Shown here: one piece after another, positions 25,619 through 33,764 of the stretch
How the letters are laid out: the number at the start of each line of letters is the position of its first letter
Position numbering within the stretch: the first letter of the stretch is position 1
DNA from: a bacterium
GTDB taxonomy: Bacteria; Patescibacteriota; Saccharimonadia; UBA4664
DNA length: 33,764 bases
Direction of reading: 5' to 3'
NCBI GenBank assembly: GCA_027449805.1
Contig: DAIDKY010000001.1
Location: forward strand, 1 to 33,764
Position numbers and translations under genes: made by a program
Notes under the pieces: generated by a model
The model's input: only the letters and a program-made list of their open reading frames with translations
Databases searched by the model: none
What the model was told of the DNA's origin: nothing

Positions 25619-25698
25619 GTTACATATGTTTTGACTTTTTCGGTTCGACGTAGTAAGAATAAGCTAGCTTTTATAAACCAAAACCAAAGGTGGGTAAT

Positions 25699-26214
25699 GT
25701 GGCAGAGCTGGCAGATAAACAATTAAAGACACTAAAGAAACTAATCGAGACGGCCGAGACGAATCTAGCCGGAGCTAAGGAGCTCTTGGCTAGTCTTGTT
25801 GGGTCGGACGAACAAACCGGCCCCAGCGAGGTCTCCAAAGCTCCGTCGACCGGCAAGGTTATCGAAGGTACATTCGACGGCCAGCAGATGATCGGGCCTG
25901 ACGGCAAGAGCTATCCGGTGCCGGCAAACTATGCCTCAAAGAGCAAGTTAGTCCAAGGCGACCAGCTCAAGCTGATTATCGGCGATGACGGTGCTTTTAT
26001 TTACAAGCAGATCGGGCCGATCGAACGCAAGAAAGTAATCGGGACGCTGTCTCTACACGACGGACAATATTTTGTCGAGGCTCGCGGCAAGCAGTATCAT
26101 GTCTTATTCGCTTCGGTGACCTATTTCAAGGCGCAACCTGGAGACCAGGTAACAATGGTTCTACCCGAGGGCGAAGAAGCCGAATGGGCCGCTATCGAAG
26201 CCGTCATCGGTTAG
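25699..26214 (+). CDS. Conserved hypothetical protein (CPR-type; N-terminal helix plus beta domains)
   Basis: EGTFDGQQM...YPVPANYASKSKLV motif, recalled from CPR proteins near rplL; start at GTG 25699 or 25690. Confidence 0.8.
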   Translation: MAELADKQLKTLKKLIETAETNLAGAKELLASLVGSDEQTGPSEVSKAPSTGKVIEGTFDGQQMIGPDGKSYPVPANYASKSKLVQGDQLKLIIGDDGAFIYKQIGPIERKKVIGTLSLHDGQYFVEARGKQYHVLFASVTYFKAQPGDQVTMVLPEGEEAEWAAIEAVIG

Positions 26215-26255
26215 CACGTACTGTATACTAGTTACAGATGTAACCGGAGAACCGA

Positions 26256-27671
26256 GTGGCGGAGTTAGCACTCTATCGAAAGTATCGCAGCAGCGACTTT
26301 AATGAGGTCGTGGGGCAAGATCATATTATTAAGACTCTAACTGCAGCCCTTGCCGCGGGTCGGATCTCGCATGCCTATCTCTTTACCGGTCCTCGCGGCG
26401 TCGGTAAGACAAGCGTCGCCAGATTATTGGCCAAAGGTCTTAATAATAAGGTCGGAGCCGATGCTGCTTCGCTCGATATTATAGAAATTGACGCCGCAAG
26501 CAATCGTTCGATCGATGCCGTGCGCGAGCTGCGCGATAAGATTAATCTGGCGCCGTCGGTTGGCGAGTACAAGGTCTACATTATCGACGAGGTCCACATG
26601 CTTACGACCGAGGCTTTTAACGCTTTGCTCAAGACTCTAGAGGAACCGCCGTCACATGCGGTCTTTATCCTTGCTACGACCGAATCTCATAAAGTACCGG
26701 AAACAATCATATCGCGAACCCAGCGCTTTAACTTTAAACCGATCGCAACGGCTATAATCGTCGATCATCTGGCTGCAATTGCCGATAAGGAGGGGATCAA
26801 GATAGAGCGTCCGGCTCTGGAATTGATCGCCCAATCATCCCACGGTGGAGTGCGCGACGCTATCAGCCTGCTTGATCAAGTTGCGGCAGGCGGCAAAGCG
26901 GTCGTACGGCTGGATACGGTACGCGATATTCTGGGCTATAGCGATAACGAAACAATCGGAGCACTCGCCGAAGCTGTTGCGGCTGGGCGCACCAAAGAGG
27001 TTTTGACTCATTTGGATCATTTAAGCGAGAGTGGCGTTCAACCCGGTCAACTGATCGCTCAGTTGATTCAATGGTGGCGCCGACTTCTTTTGGTTGCCGT
27101 CGGAACCGAGAGTTCCAACGATGCAATCGTGACCGAACTTGCCGCACGTCTCTCGCTGCCAATGATATCGCGTGTCATTGAAGCCCTGATCGAAGCCTCG
27201 CGCAGCCCTTACCCGGCACTGAGCCTTGAGGTTGCGTTGGTCAAGGTTACGACTAGAGTCGAGCAAGCGGCGGTTCCGGCAGCCACCTTTAAGGCCCAGG
27301 CGATCGAGTCGGCCCAATTCGACGAGACACCGGAACGAAGCGAGATGAGCGACCTCTGGCCTAAGGCGCTAATGGTTATTAAAACCAAGAACAATACTCT
27401 ATACGCGCTTCTTCAATCATGCCGAATCGAGTTTAAGGACGACAATCTGCTCGTCTGGAGTAAATTTAACTTCCATCGAGATCGTTTGATGCAAAGTGCT
27501 AATCGCCAGATTATTGAAAAAGGCCTGGAAAAGGTCTACGGCCGGCCGATTTCAATGACGGCGCATATCGACACAACGGCGAAGGTTGTGCGCGACCCTG
27601 TAGCAGTCGATCCTTCAACAGACCTGGTATCTTCGGCTCTGGAAATCCTGGGCGGTGAGATAGTCGACTAA
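26256..27671 (+). CDS. dnaX: DNA polymerase III subunit gamma/tau
   Basis: ALYRKYR, GPRGVGKT, IEIDAAS, IIDEVHML, LLKTLEEPP. Confidence 0.96.
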   Translation: MAELALYRKYRSSDFNEVVGQDHIIKTLTAALAAGRISHAYLFTGPRGVGKTSVARLLAKGLNNKVGADAASLDIIEIDAASNRSIDAVRELRDKINLAPSVGEYKVYIIDEVHMLTTEAFNALLKTLEEPPSHAVFILATTESHKVPETIISRTQRFNFKPIATAIIVDHLAAIADKEGIKIERPALELIAQSSHGGVRDAISLLDQVAAGGKAVVRLDTVRDILGYSDNETIGALAEAVAAGRTKEVLTHLDHLSESGVQPGQLIAQLIQWWRRLLLVAVGTESSNDAIVTELAARLSLPMISRVIEALIEASRSPYPALSLEVALVKVTTRVEQAAVPAATFKAQAIESAQFDETPERSEMSDLWPKALMVIKTKNNTLYALLQSCRIEFKDDNLLVWSKFNFHRDRLMQSANRQIIEKGLEKVYGRPISMTAHIDTTAKVVRDPVAVDPSTDLVSSALEILGGEIVD

Positions 27672-27730
27672 TCATAATCGAAACTAATTTGCAGATACTA
27701 TATACTAGATACTAAATAGAGAGGGGACTG

Positions 27731-29149
27731 GTGGCACGAGCAACCAACATCGACGAACGAGGTCAGCGCGTAACATCGCGGCGCAATGAAGCTGCGGGTG
27801 TTTCGGCTACGCAGATCGACGGCAAAGTTCCTCCTCAGAATCTTGAGGCTGAAACCAGTCTCCTTGGCTCATTATTAATCGAGAAAGAAGCCATCATCAA
27901 GGTAGCCGACGTCGTCTCGGCCGATGACTTCTACGACGACCGCAACGGCATAATTTATGCTGCCATCCTTGATCTCTACGAACAACGCCAGCCGCTCGAT
28001 CTTCTTACTCTGACTAACAAACTCCGCGAAGTCGAAGAACTCGAACGTGTCGGCGGAGCGCCCTATATCACAGATTTAACTGCCTCTGTACCAACCGCCG
28101 CCCATGTCGAGCACTATGCTGCCATCGTTGCGCATAAAGCCACATTGCGCCGCTTGATCGGTGCGGCTGCCAATATTGCCGGTTTTGGCTACGACGAAGC
28201 CGCACCCTTGGATCAGTTGCTCGATCGGGCAGAACAGACCATCTTCGAGGTCTCGCAGAAAAACTTAAAGCAGAACTTTGTACCGATTAACGAAGTACTG
28301 GCTTCGTCTTTCGACCGTTTGAACGAGCTTCACTCGAATGCCGGACAGCTTCGCGGTATTCCGAGCGGCTTTAAGAAGCTCGACCATACCCTGGCTGGAT
28401 TTCAAAATTCTGACCTAATTATTCTGGCGGCTCGGCCGTCGATGGGTAAGACGACCTTTGTGATGAACATTGCTCATCATGTGGCTGTGAGCGAGGGTAT
28501 TCCAGTCGGTTTCTTCTCGCTCGAAGTCTCAAAAGAGCAGCTGATCGACCAGCTTTTGGCGATTGAATCAGGAATCGACAGTTGGAAACTTCGTACCGGC
28601 GAGCTCGACGACGACGACTTTCCGCGTATTAATGAAGCCATGGCACAGCTGTCCGAGGCTCCAATTTATGTCGATGACGCCGCTATGACCAATGTTATGG
28701 AAATGCGGACCAAGGCACGGCGCTTACAAGCGGAACATGGCTTGGGGCTGATTATAATCGACTATCTACAGCTGATTTCTGGAGGCGGGCGCTCGAGCGA
28801 CGGTCGTCAGCAAGAGGTCTCCGAAATTTCGCGCGGGCTCAAAGGCTTGGCGCGTGAGCTAGGTGTACCGGTAATTGCCCTATCGCAGCTGTCGCGAGCT
28901 GTCGAGAGCCGCGACGACAAACGCCCCAACCTGTCGGATCTACGCGACTCCGGTTCGATCGAACAAGATGCCGATGTAGTAATGTTTCTCTATCGTGACG
29001 AGTACTATAACCCCCGTGATACTGATCGACCGAATATTGCCGACGTTCTAATTAAGAAGCACCGTAACGGAGCCACGGGCGACGTTGAGCTCTACTTCCA
29101 CCCTGAACAGCGTCGTTTTACCGATATCGACCGTTTCCACGGCGAATAA
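27731..29149 (+). CDS. dnaB: Replicative DNA helicase
   Basis: PPQNLEAE, AARPSMGKT, IIIDYLQL, SQLSR, DLRDSGSIEQDAD, KHRNG; no intein. Confidence 0.98.
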   Translation: MARATNIDERGQRVTSRRNEAAGVSATQIDGKVPPQNLEAETSLLGSLLIEKEAIIKVADVVSADDFYDDRNGIIYAAILDLYEQRQPLDLLTLTNKLREVEELERVGGAPYITDLTASVPTAAHVEHYAAIVAHKATLRRLIGAAANIAGFGYDEAAPLDQLLDRAEQTIFEVSQKNLKQNFVPINEVLASSFDRLNELHSNAGQLRGIPSGFKKLDHTLAGFQNSDLIILAARPSMGKTTFVMNIAHHVAVSEGIPVGFFSLEVSKEQLIDQLLAIESGIDSWKLRTGELDDDDFPRINEAMAQLSEAPIYVDDAAMTNVMEMRTKARRLQAEHGLGLIIIDYLQLISGGGRSSDGRQQEVSEISRGLKGLARELGVPVIALSQLSRAVESRDDKRPNLSDLRDSGSIEQDADVVMFLYRDEYYNPRDTDRPNIADVLIKKHRNGATGDVELYFHPEQRRFTDIDRFHGE

Positions 29150-29220
29150 TCACTGGCGATATAGACTTGCTCCGGATCTTTTTTCTCGTTATGCTTATGT
29201 ATAAGTAACATGAGGTCCAG

Positions 29221-29673
29221 ATGGCGCAAGCCGTAGCTCAGGCCGGTAAGTTTGGTTTGGTCGGGCTTGCGAGTACGGTCATCGACTTTGCGTTTCTCAA
29301 TCTGTTTCATAACTTGCTCGGTTTAACCCTTATCCAATCAAATCTAATATCTACAACGATTGCGATGATATTCAGTTTTAGCCTTAACCGTCGCTACGTG
29401 TTTGGTGCTCGCGAAGGGTCGGTCTGGCGGCAAGGCATTATGTTTATACTGGTTACTGCCTTTGGTCTGTATGTAATTCAAAGTCTAGTAATCTATGCCC
29501 TGACAGTAACATGGCCCGGCCCGCTACACCTGGTGATTAGTTTTGTAGGCATTATCGGTATGGGTCGTATCCTAAGCGATAACCTTGTTATTACAAACAC
29601 AGCTAAGTTAATTGCAACCGTATTCAGTTTAATCTGGAATTATATATTCTATAAGAAAGTGGTGTTTATCTAA
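29221..29673 (+). CDS. GtrA-family flippase-like protein
   Basis: KFGLVG...D, NRRYVF, WNY..YKKVVF. Confidence 0.88.
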   Translation: MAQAVAQAGKFGLVGLASTVIDFAFLNLFHNLLGLTLIQSNLISTTIAMIFSFSLNRRYVFGAREGSVWRQGIMFILVTAFGLYVIQSLVIYALTVTWPGPLHLVISFVGIIGMGRILSDNLVITNTAKLIATVFSLIWNYIFYKKVVFI

Positions 29674-31178
29674 TGGCAAAAGCACGAACAATCATCCCTC
29701 GAAACGGTTATAGTTTAGCCCTTTTCGGAACGTTTATTATTGGAGTAATTTTCCGATTCTGGCATCTGTCGACATTACCTCCGGGCCTTGCGCCGGGCGA
29801 AGCACAGATCGGCGTTGCGGCCTATAATTTGCTTCATCACGGTATTTGGCCGAGTTTTAGTCTCGCAAGCGGCGGCAGTCCGGTACTTGTTGTTCTCGAA
29901 GCTATAAGTATATGGCTGTTTGGATTATCGCCCTGGATCCTTCGACTAGTTCCAGCCATTATCGGAGTCGGTGCGATTGCTACGACCTATCTATGGGCGC
30001 GGTCGTGGCTAGGAGAGCGCCCAGCCGTACTGACAGCCTTTCTAATGGCTGTTACGCCCTGGAGTGTAACAATCAGTCGTAACGTAGAGCCTGCCGCGTT
30101 AGCGCCGCTTCTGCTAACACTCCTCCTTTGGCTGGCAACTCGTCTTTGGCATGACCGCAGTACGATTAATTTGACCTACTTCGGACTTGTTGTAGCCATT
30201 GCGAGCTTGAGCGGGCCGGTTGGTTGGGGTGCGTTACTCGTAACTTTGGCTGCCGCCCTGGCGGTGACGATTGGACACAAGACACGGCCAAGACTCCACG
30301 ACGCCGGACTATGGCTGGGTATGGCAATGATTGCCGTTATTCCGGCGCTGCTAGTCGTAGCTCGTCATAATCATAACGGTCGTACCGTCTTTACCTCAAA
30401 CACCTTCACTCAATATCTTGACGGATTATTTAACACGATTCGCGGGCTTCAACTTCATGGTGACGATAACTATTTCCATAATTTGGGCGGCGTACCCTTA
30501 CTTAATGCTTTCGTCGGCATCGTTTTTCTTGCGGGTGTATTAGTTGCGATTACGAACTGGAAGAACCGTACCAGACGGGCGCTGTTGGTAGCATCACTTG
30601 TTGCTTTGCTTCCAGCCTTTCTCTCGCCTGCGACTGCCCCGGATGCCGCCAGGCTTATTCTTTTCCTTCCCTTAAGCCTTGCCCTGGCCAGTATTGGAAT
30701 CTTCTATATGCTGGGAGTTTGGTACGCAACCTTTCCGATCAACTCTGCCGCGCGACTGGCAGGACAGCTTCTTATGCTGCTTCTCCTTGTTTTGACGCTA
30801 TACATAGGTTATTTACAGTACTTTGTGGCTTGGTCGCACTCATCCGATACCCATCGCGCCTATAACGACGCTGCTGTAGGTATGGCAACATGGATTGAGA
30901 AACTACCTAAGGGATCAAACCCGGTTATTGTAGCCAATAACGATGATGCAATGGTTCTGCAGTATATGCTGATTAAAGATCCGTCATATCGTGTAGTCAC
31001 CGTGCAGAAATCAACTCCACTATTATCACAACGCCCGCTTCATCTTGTAATTGCGGCTGCATATTTGGACCCGATGGTTGCCCAATTAAAAACCGCAGCG
31101 CCCGGCGCCGCGCTACAGGCGCATCAATCGACCTTCGACGGAGCAGATCTCTACTTTACTTATGACATTACCAAATAA
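29673..31178 (+). CDS. GT-C fold (ArnT/PMT, GT39-like) membrane glycosyltransferase
   Basis: RFWHL..LPPGL...EA loop after TM1, LRLVPA, PW...ISR, many TM helices; TAATG coupling to the gtrA-like gene. Confidence 0.75.
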   Translation: MAKARTIIPRNGYSLALFGTFIIGVIFRFWHLSTLPPGLAPGEAQIGVAAYNLLHHGIWPSFSLASGGSPVLVVLEAISIWLFGLSPWILRLVPAIIGVGAIATTYLWARSWLGERPAVLTAFLMAVTPWSVTISRNVEPAALAPLLLTLLLWLATRLWHDRSTINLTYFGLVVAIASLSGPVGWGALLVTLAAALAVTIGHKTRPRLHDAGLWLGMAMIAVIPALLVVARHNHNGRTVFTSNTFTQYLDGLFNTIRGLQLHGDDNYFHNLGGVPLLNAFVGIVFLAGVLVAITNWKNRTRRALLVASLVALLPAFLSPATAPDAARLILFLPLSLALASIGIFYMLGVWYATFPINSAARLAGQLLMLLLLVLTLYIGYLQYFVAWSHSSDTHRAYNDAAVGMATWIEKLPKGSNPVIVANNDDAMVLQYMLIKDPSYRVVTVQKSTPLLSQRPLHLVIAAAYLDPMVAQLKTAAPGAALQAHQSTFDGADLYFTYDITK

Positions 31179-31938
31179 ACACCACAATAATCGACCTATC
31201 GATTTAAGTATCGTAATACCAGCCTATCAAGAGGCTGGTATCATCGTGCAGACACTCGAAAGTCTGGCTCAATGGCTGGGCACCCATGATTACGGCGAGG
31301 TTGAAATTGTTGTAGTCGTAGCGGATTCACCGGATGGCACGGCAGGATTGGTACGCTCTCGGTCAAACCGTTTTAAACATTTTCAGCTCATAGAACCAGG
31401 CAGCCGCGTCGGCAAAGGCCGAGACGTACGCGCTGGTATTTTGCACTCAAATGGCCGCTATCGACTGTTTATGGACGCTGATTTGGCGACACCTCTCAAG
31501 CATCTCGATGATATCTACGGGCTAATGCGGCGTAACGTCGAGATTGGTATTGCCGTTCGAAATCTGGCACGGATCCACCCTGGACTATTGCGTCGAGTCG
31601 TTTCGGAATTTGGGAACATCCTAGCCCAAATAATTCTATTGCCCGGTATTCGCGATACACAGTGCGGCTTTAAGGTTTTTCGTGCTGATGTGGCGGAGGC
31701 AGTTTTTCGCCGTCTCACCATTCTTGGCTGGGGCTTTGATCTCGAGGTACTGTCGATTGCTCGTAAACTTGGGTATAAGATACAAACATTCGAAGCACCT
31801 GACTGGACCGATCCCAAAGCCCATCTTGATGGCCTATCGAACGACTCGGTTATTGATGCCGCCTTGCAGACCTTTGGCGACCTTATCCGAGTGCGCCTAA
31901 ATCTCTGGCGTGGAGCGTATCGATCGCCCGAGAAGTAA
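31162..31938 (+). CDS. GT2 polyprenol-phosphate glycosyltransferase (dolichyl-phosphate glucosyltransferase-like)
   Basis: SIVIPAYQE, GKG, FMDADL, DTQCGFK, FDLE. Confidence 0.9.
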   Translation: MTLPNKHHNNRPIDLSIVIPAYQEAGIIVQTLESLAQWLGTHDYGEVEIVVVVADSPDGTAGLVRSRSNRFKHFQLIEPGSRVGKGRDVRAGILHSNGRYRLFMDADLATPLKHLDDIYGLMRRNVEIGIAVRNLARIHPGLLRRVVSEFGNILAQIILLPGIRDTQCGFKVFRADVAEAVFRRLTILGWGFDLEVLSIARKLGYKIQTFEAPDWTDPKAHLDGLSNDSVIDAALQTFGDLIRVRLNLWRGAYRSPEK

Positions 31939-32197
31939 CGATCTGCCAACGATATAGATCATTTTCTAGCATCTGATAGCCCGACAGCGTAAGACCGTAA
32001 ATATGATTGCGTCTAAACTCGATCCAATCATGCCGGATCATAATCTGTAGATTGTCATGTAATGTCGCAGGGGACAGTTCAATTTCGCCAAAGGTATCGA
32101 TCGTAACTCGCGACATGATATCTCTTGCTCGAGCGGGATTACGAACTAATGACAGCAAAATATGAAAGCGAACAGGTGATAGAGGTAGGGTTTTCAT
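31883..32197 (-). CDS. PadR-like winged-helix transcriptional regulator
   Basis: FHILLSL, SPATLH..L..M....WIE, YGLTLSG pattern. Confidence 0.75.
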   Translation of the reverse strand: MKTLPLSPVRFHILLSLVRNPARARDIMSRVTIDTFGEIELSPATLHDNLQIMIRHDWIEFRRNHIYGLTLSGYQMLENDLYRWQIVTSRAIDTLHARDLGALG

Positions 32198-32242
32198 ACC
32201 ATTACCTTACTCGCTCGTAATTAAATCACGATTAAACAAATG

Positions 32243-33764
32243 CTAGTAGAGCTTGTAGAGATAGATCGAATAACCGATCTTGGCTATTGGCTTACGCTCA
32301 CGAAGGTAGTTGTAACCGACATAATTATCTAATTTCGCGTAATACCTATCATTCTCCAAGAATGTTTCCGAGACTGCAATATACTGACCGGTGTATGGCT
32401 TATCCTGGGCATGCCAGACTCTGATGCGAGGATTGGACCCAGAAGGGAAATAGTAACTTGGCAGGCCGCCGCCAAAGTAATCGATTGCGGCTTGGTTAAT
32501 ATGATGATCCACGAGATATGTCTTAAGGCGACCCAGGTCTTGTCCCCAATCTAGGCTTGAATCAGAGAAATAAGCGTTAGCGTTGGCCGGTCCGCCAATC
32601 AACTCGTTGAAATAGGCTAGAAACGATGGAGAAATCCATAATGTCGCACCAGCGTACCAGGCCAAAAGTAAACCAAGAACCACCGAAAAACCGATCTTAA
32701 CCCTGGTTCTGGTAATCCGCCAGCTCAAACGCACAATCGCAATCGCGGCAAGAACGAAGAGGGGAATGTAAATCGGCAGAATATGACGCAGCCCGAGATC
32801 AAGATTACCCATTACGGCGATTAAGAAATATAGGACGACAAAGACGCCGAGCACGAACTCCAACAGGTGACGCTGGCTGTAATCGACAAGATGTTTCCAG
32901 ATAGCTAGCGGGCGCCGACTAATGATACGTATCGTTGCCAGGGTCAAGGTTGTGAAGCCAATAATCAAAAACGATAGTTGGGTCTTAAGACTAAAGAGGA
33001 CCGGAAAGTACGCATGAAAGCTTTGATTGGTGACCTGACCCATAAAGTAGGTAGTATTACCGCCGGCGACACGATCTAGAACCATAATAACCCCAAGTAC
33101 ATACTGAACGATCGGCTTAAAGAACGGATTCGGCGATAATGTAACCATGAATTGGCCGATAGCTTTGCCAAAATTTACCGGCAATGAGTAGGTAATAAGC
33201 CGCTGTTGTACCGAAGCCGGCATATTAATTGTCTGCGGCACGTAATAGAGCCAGATTATCACCAAGCTGACCAGCGATGCGAGAATTAGCCCTCCGCTAT
33301 AGAGCTTTAGTCGCTGAACCCTTGTTTTTGGTTTGTTCCAGGCGCCGACCATAAATAGAGTAATGATAAATAGCACTGGATAGAGTAAGACTGAGGAGAA
33401 TTTTGTAAGTTGCGCCACGGCCAGACCTATCCCTAACAGTAGTAAGTTCATCTTACTCGGACGATCAATATAGCGGACAAACGCAACCAGTGCCACGAAC
33501 ATGAACATGGCAGCACCCAGATCAGTCGTAACAAGAATCGCGTTTGCTAGAATATTAGGCGACAAGGTATAGAAAAAAAGGCTCAATAGAGCCGTGCCAA
33601 TGCCATAACGGCGACGCAGCCAAAGATATAACCAGGCGCCAAAACCAACGCTCAGGAGAAGAATCGGCAGCCTGGCCCAGAACAGAATCGCACCTGCATT
33701 ATTGCCGGAGGCATAAAGAAAGGCCCAGCCGGTATCCCACTCAGCGTTGGCCATGGTCGACCAT
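32243..33764 (-). CDS. GT-C fold (GT39/ArnT-like) glycosyltransferase, 5' end outside the window
   Basis: ARLP, LVTTD, TKFS, LGLRH, YFNE..GG, DSSLDWGQDL; multi-TM; the frame is open to the window edge. Confidence 0.85.
   Translation of the reverse strand, partial: WSTMANAEWDTGWAFLYASGNNAGAILFWARLPILLLSVGFGAWLYLWLRRRYGIGTALLSLFFYTLSPNILANAILVTTDLGAAMFMFVALVAFVRYIDRPSKMNLLLLGIGLAVAQLTKFSSVLLYPVLFIITLFMVGAWNKPKTRVQRLKLYSGGLILASLVSLVIIWLYYVPQTINMPASVQQRLITYSLPVNFGKAIGQFMVTLSPNPFFKPIVQYVLGVIMVLDRVAGGNTTYFMGQVTNQSFHAYFPVLFSLKTQLSFLIIGFTTLTLATIRIISRRPLAIWKHLVDYSQRHLLEFVLGVFVVLYFLIAVMGNLDLGLRHILPIYIPLFVLAAIAIVRLSWRITRTRVKIGFSVVLGLLLAWYAGATLWISPSFLAYFNELIGGPANANAYFSDSSLDWGQDLGRLKTYLVDHHINQAAIDYFGGGLPSYYFPSGSNPRIRVWHAQDKPYTGQYIAVSETFLENDRYYAKLDNYVGYNYLRERKPIAKIGYSIYLYKLY

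Noticed and set aside
26256..27671. Programmed frameshift in dnaX
   Set aside because: No A AAA AAG or long homopolymer slippage site was noticed.

Overview
A 33.8-kb gene-dense chromosomal segment of a standard-code bacterium, most likely Patescibacteria/CPR and probably Saccharimonadia-like. That placement is inferred from gene content: L1 with a long acidic N-terminal extension, AspRS lacking the GAD insertion, tandem-domain ThyX, a CPR-type hypothetical after rplL, and no rpoB after rplL. Housekeeping genes are purB, dinB, a MarP-like protease, trxB, aspS, typA, a PAS histidine kinase, a polyprenyl synthase, secE-nusG-rplK-rplA, rplJ-rplL, dnaX and dnaB. A dcd-tmk-thyX cassette plus one opposite-strand ORF splits the rplA-rplJ junction, and a GtrA/GT-C/GT2 glycosylation cluster sits at the right end. 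The most notable unexplained element is a ~490-nt intergenic stretch (~2794-3283) with its own sigma70-type promoter, intrinsic terminator and many nested helices; it looks like a large structured ncRNA that I cannot assign to a known class. Other signals are a TTCGG-N6-TTCGG candidate LexA box on the dinB operon promoter, many apparently leaderless genes, L1 and L10 leader RNAs, and a recurring CTATCCRA leader motif. No CRISPR array, tRNA, rRNA, integrase or transposase was recognised. All calls were made by eye, with no database searches.
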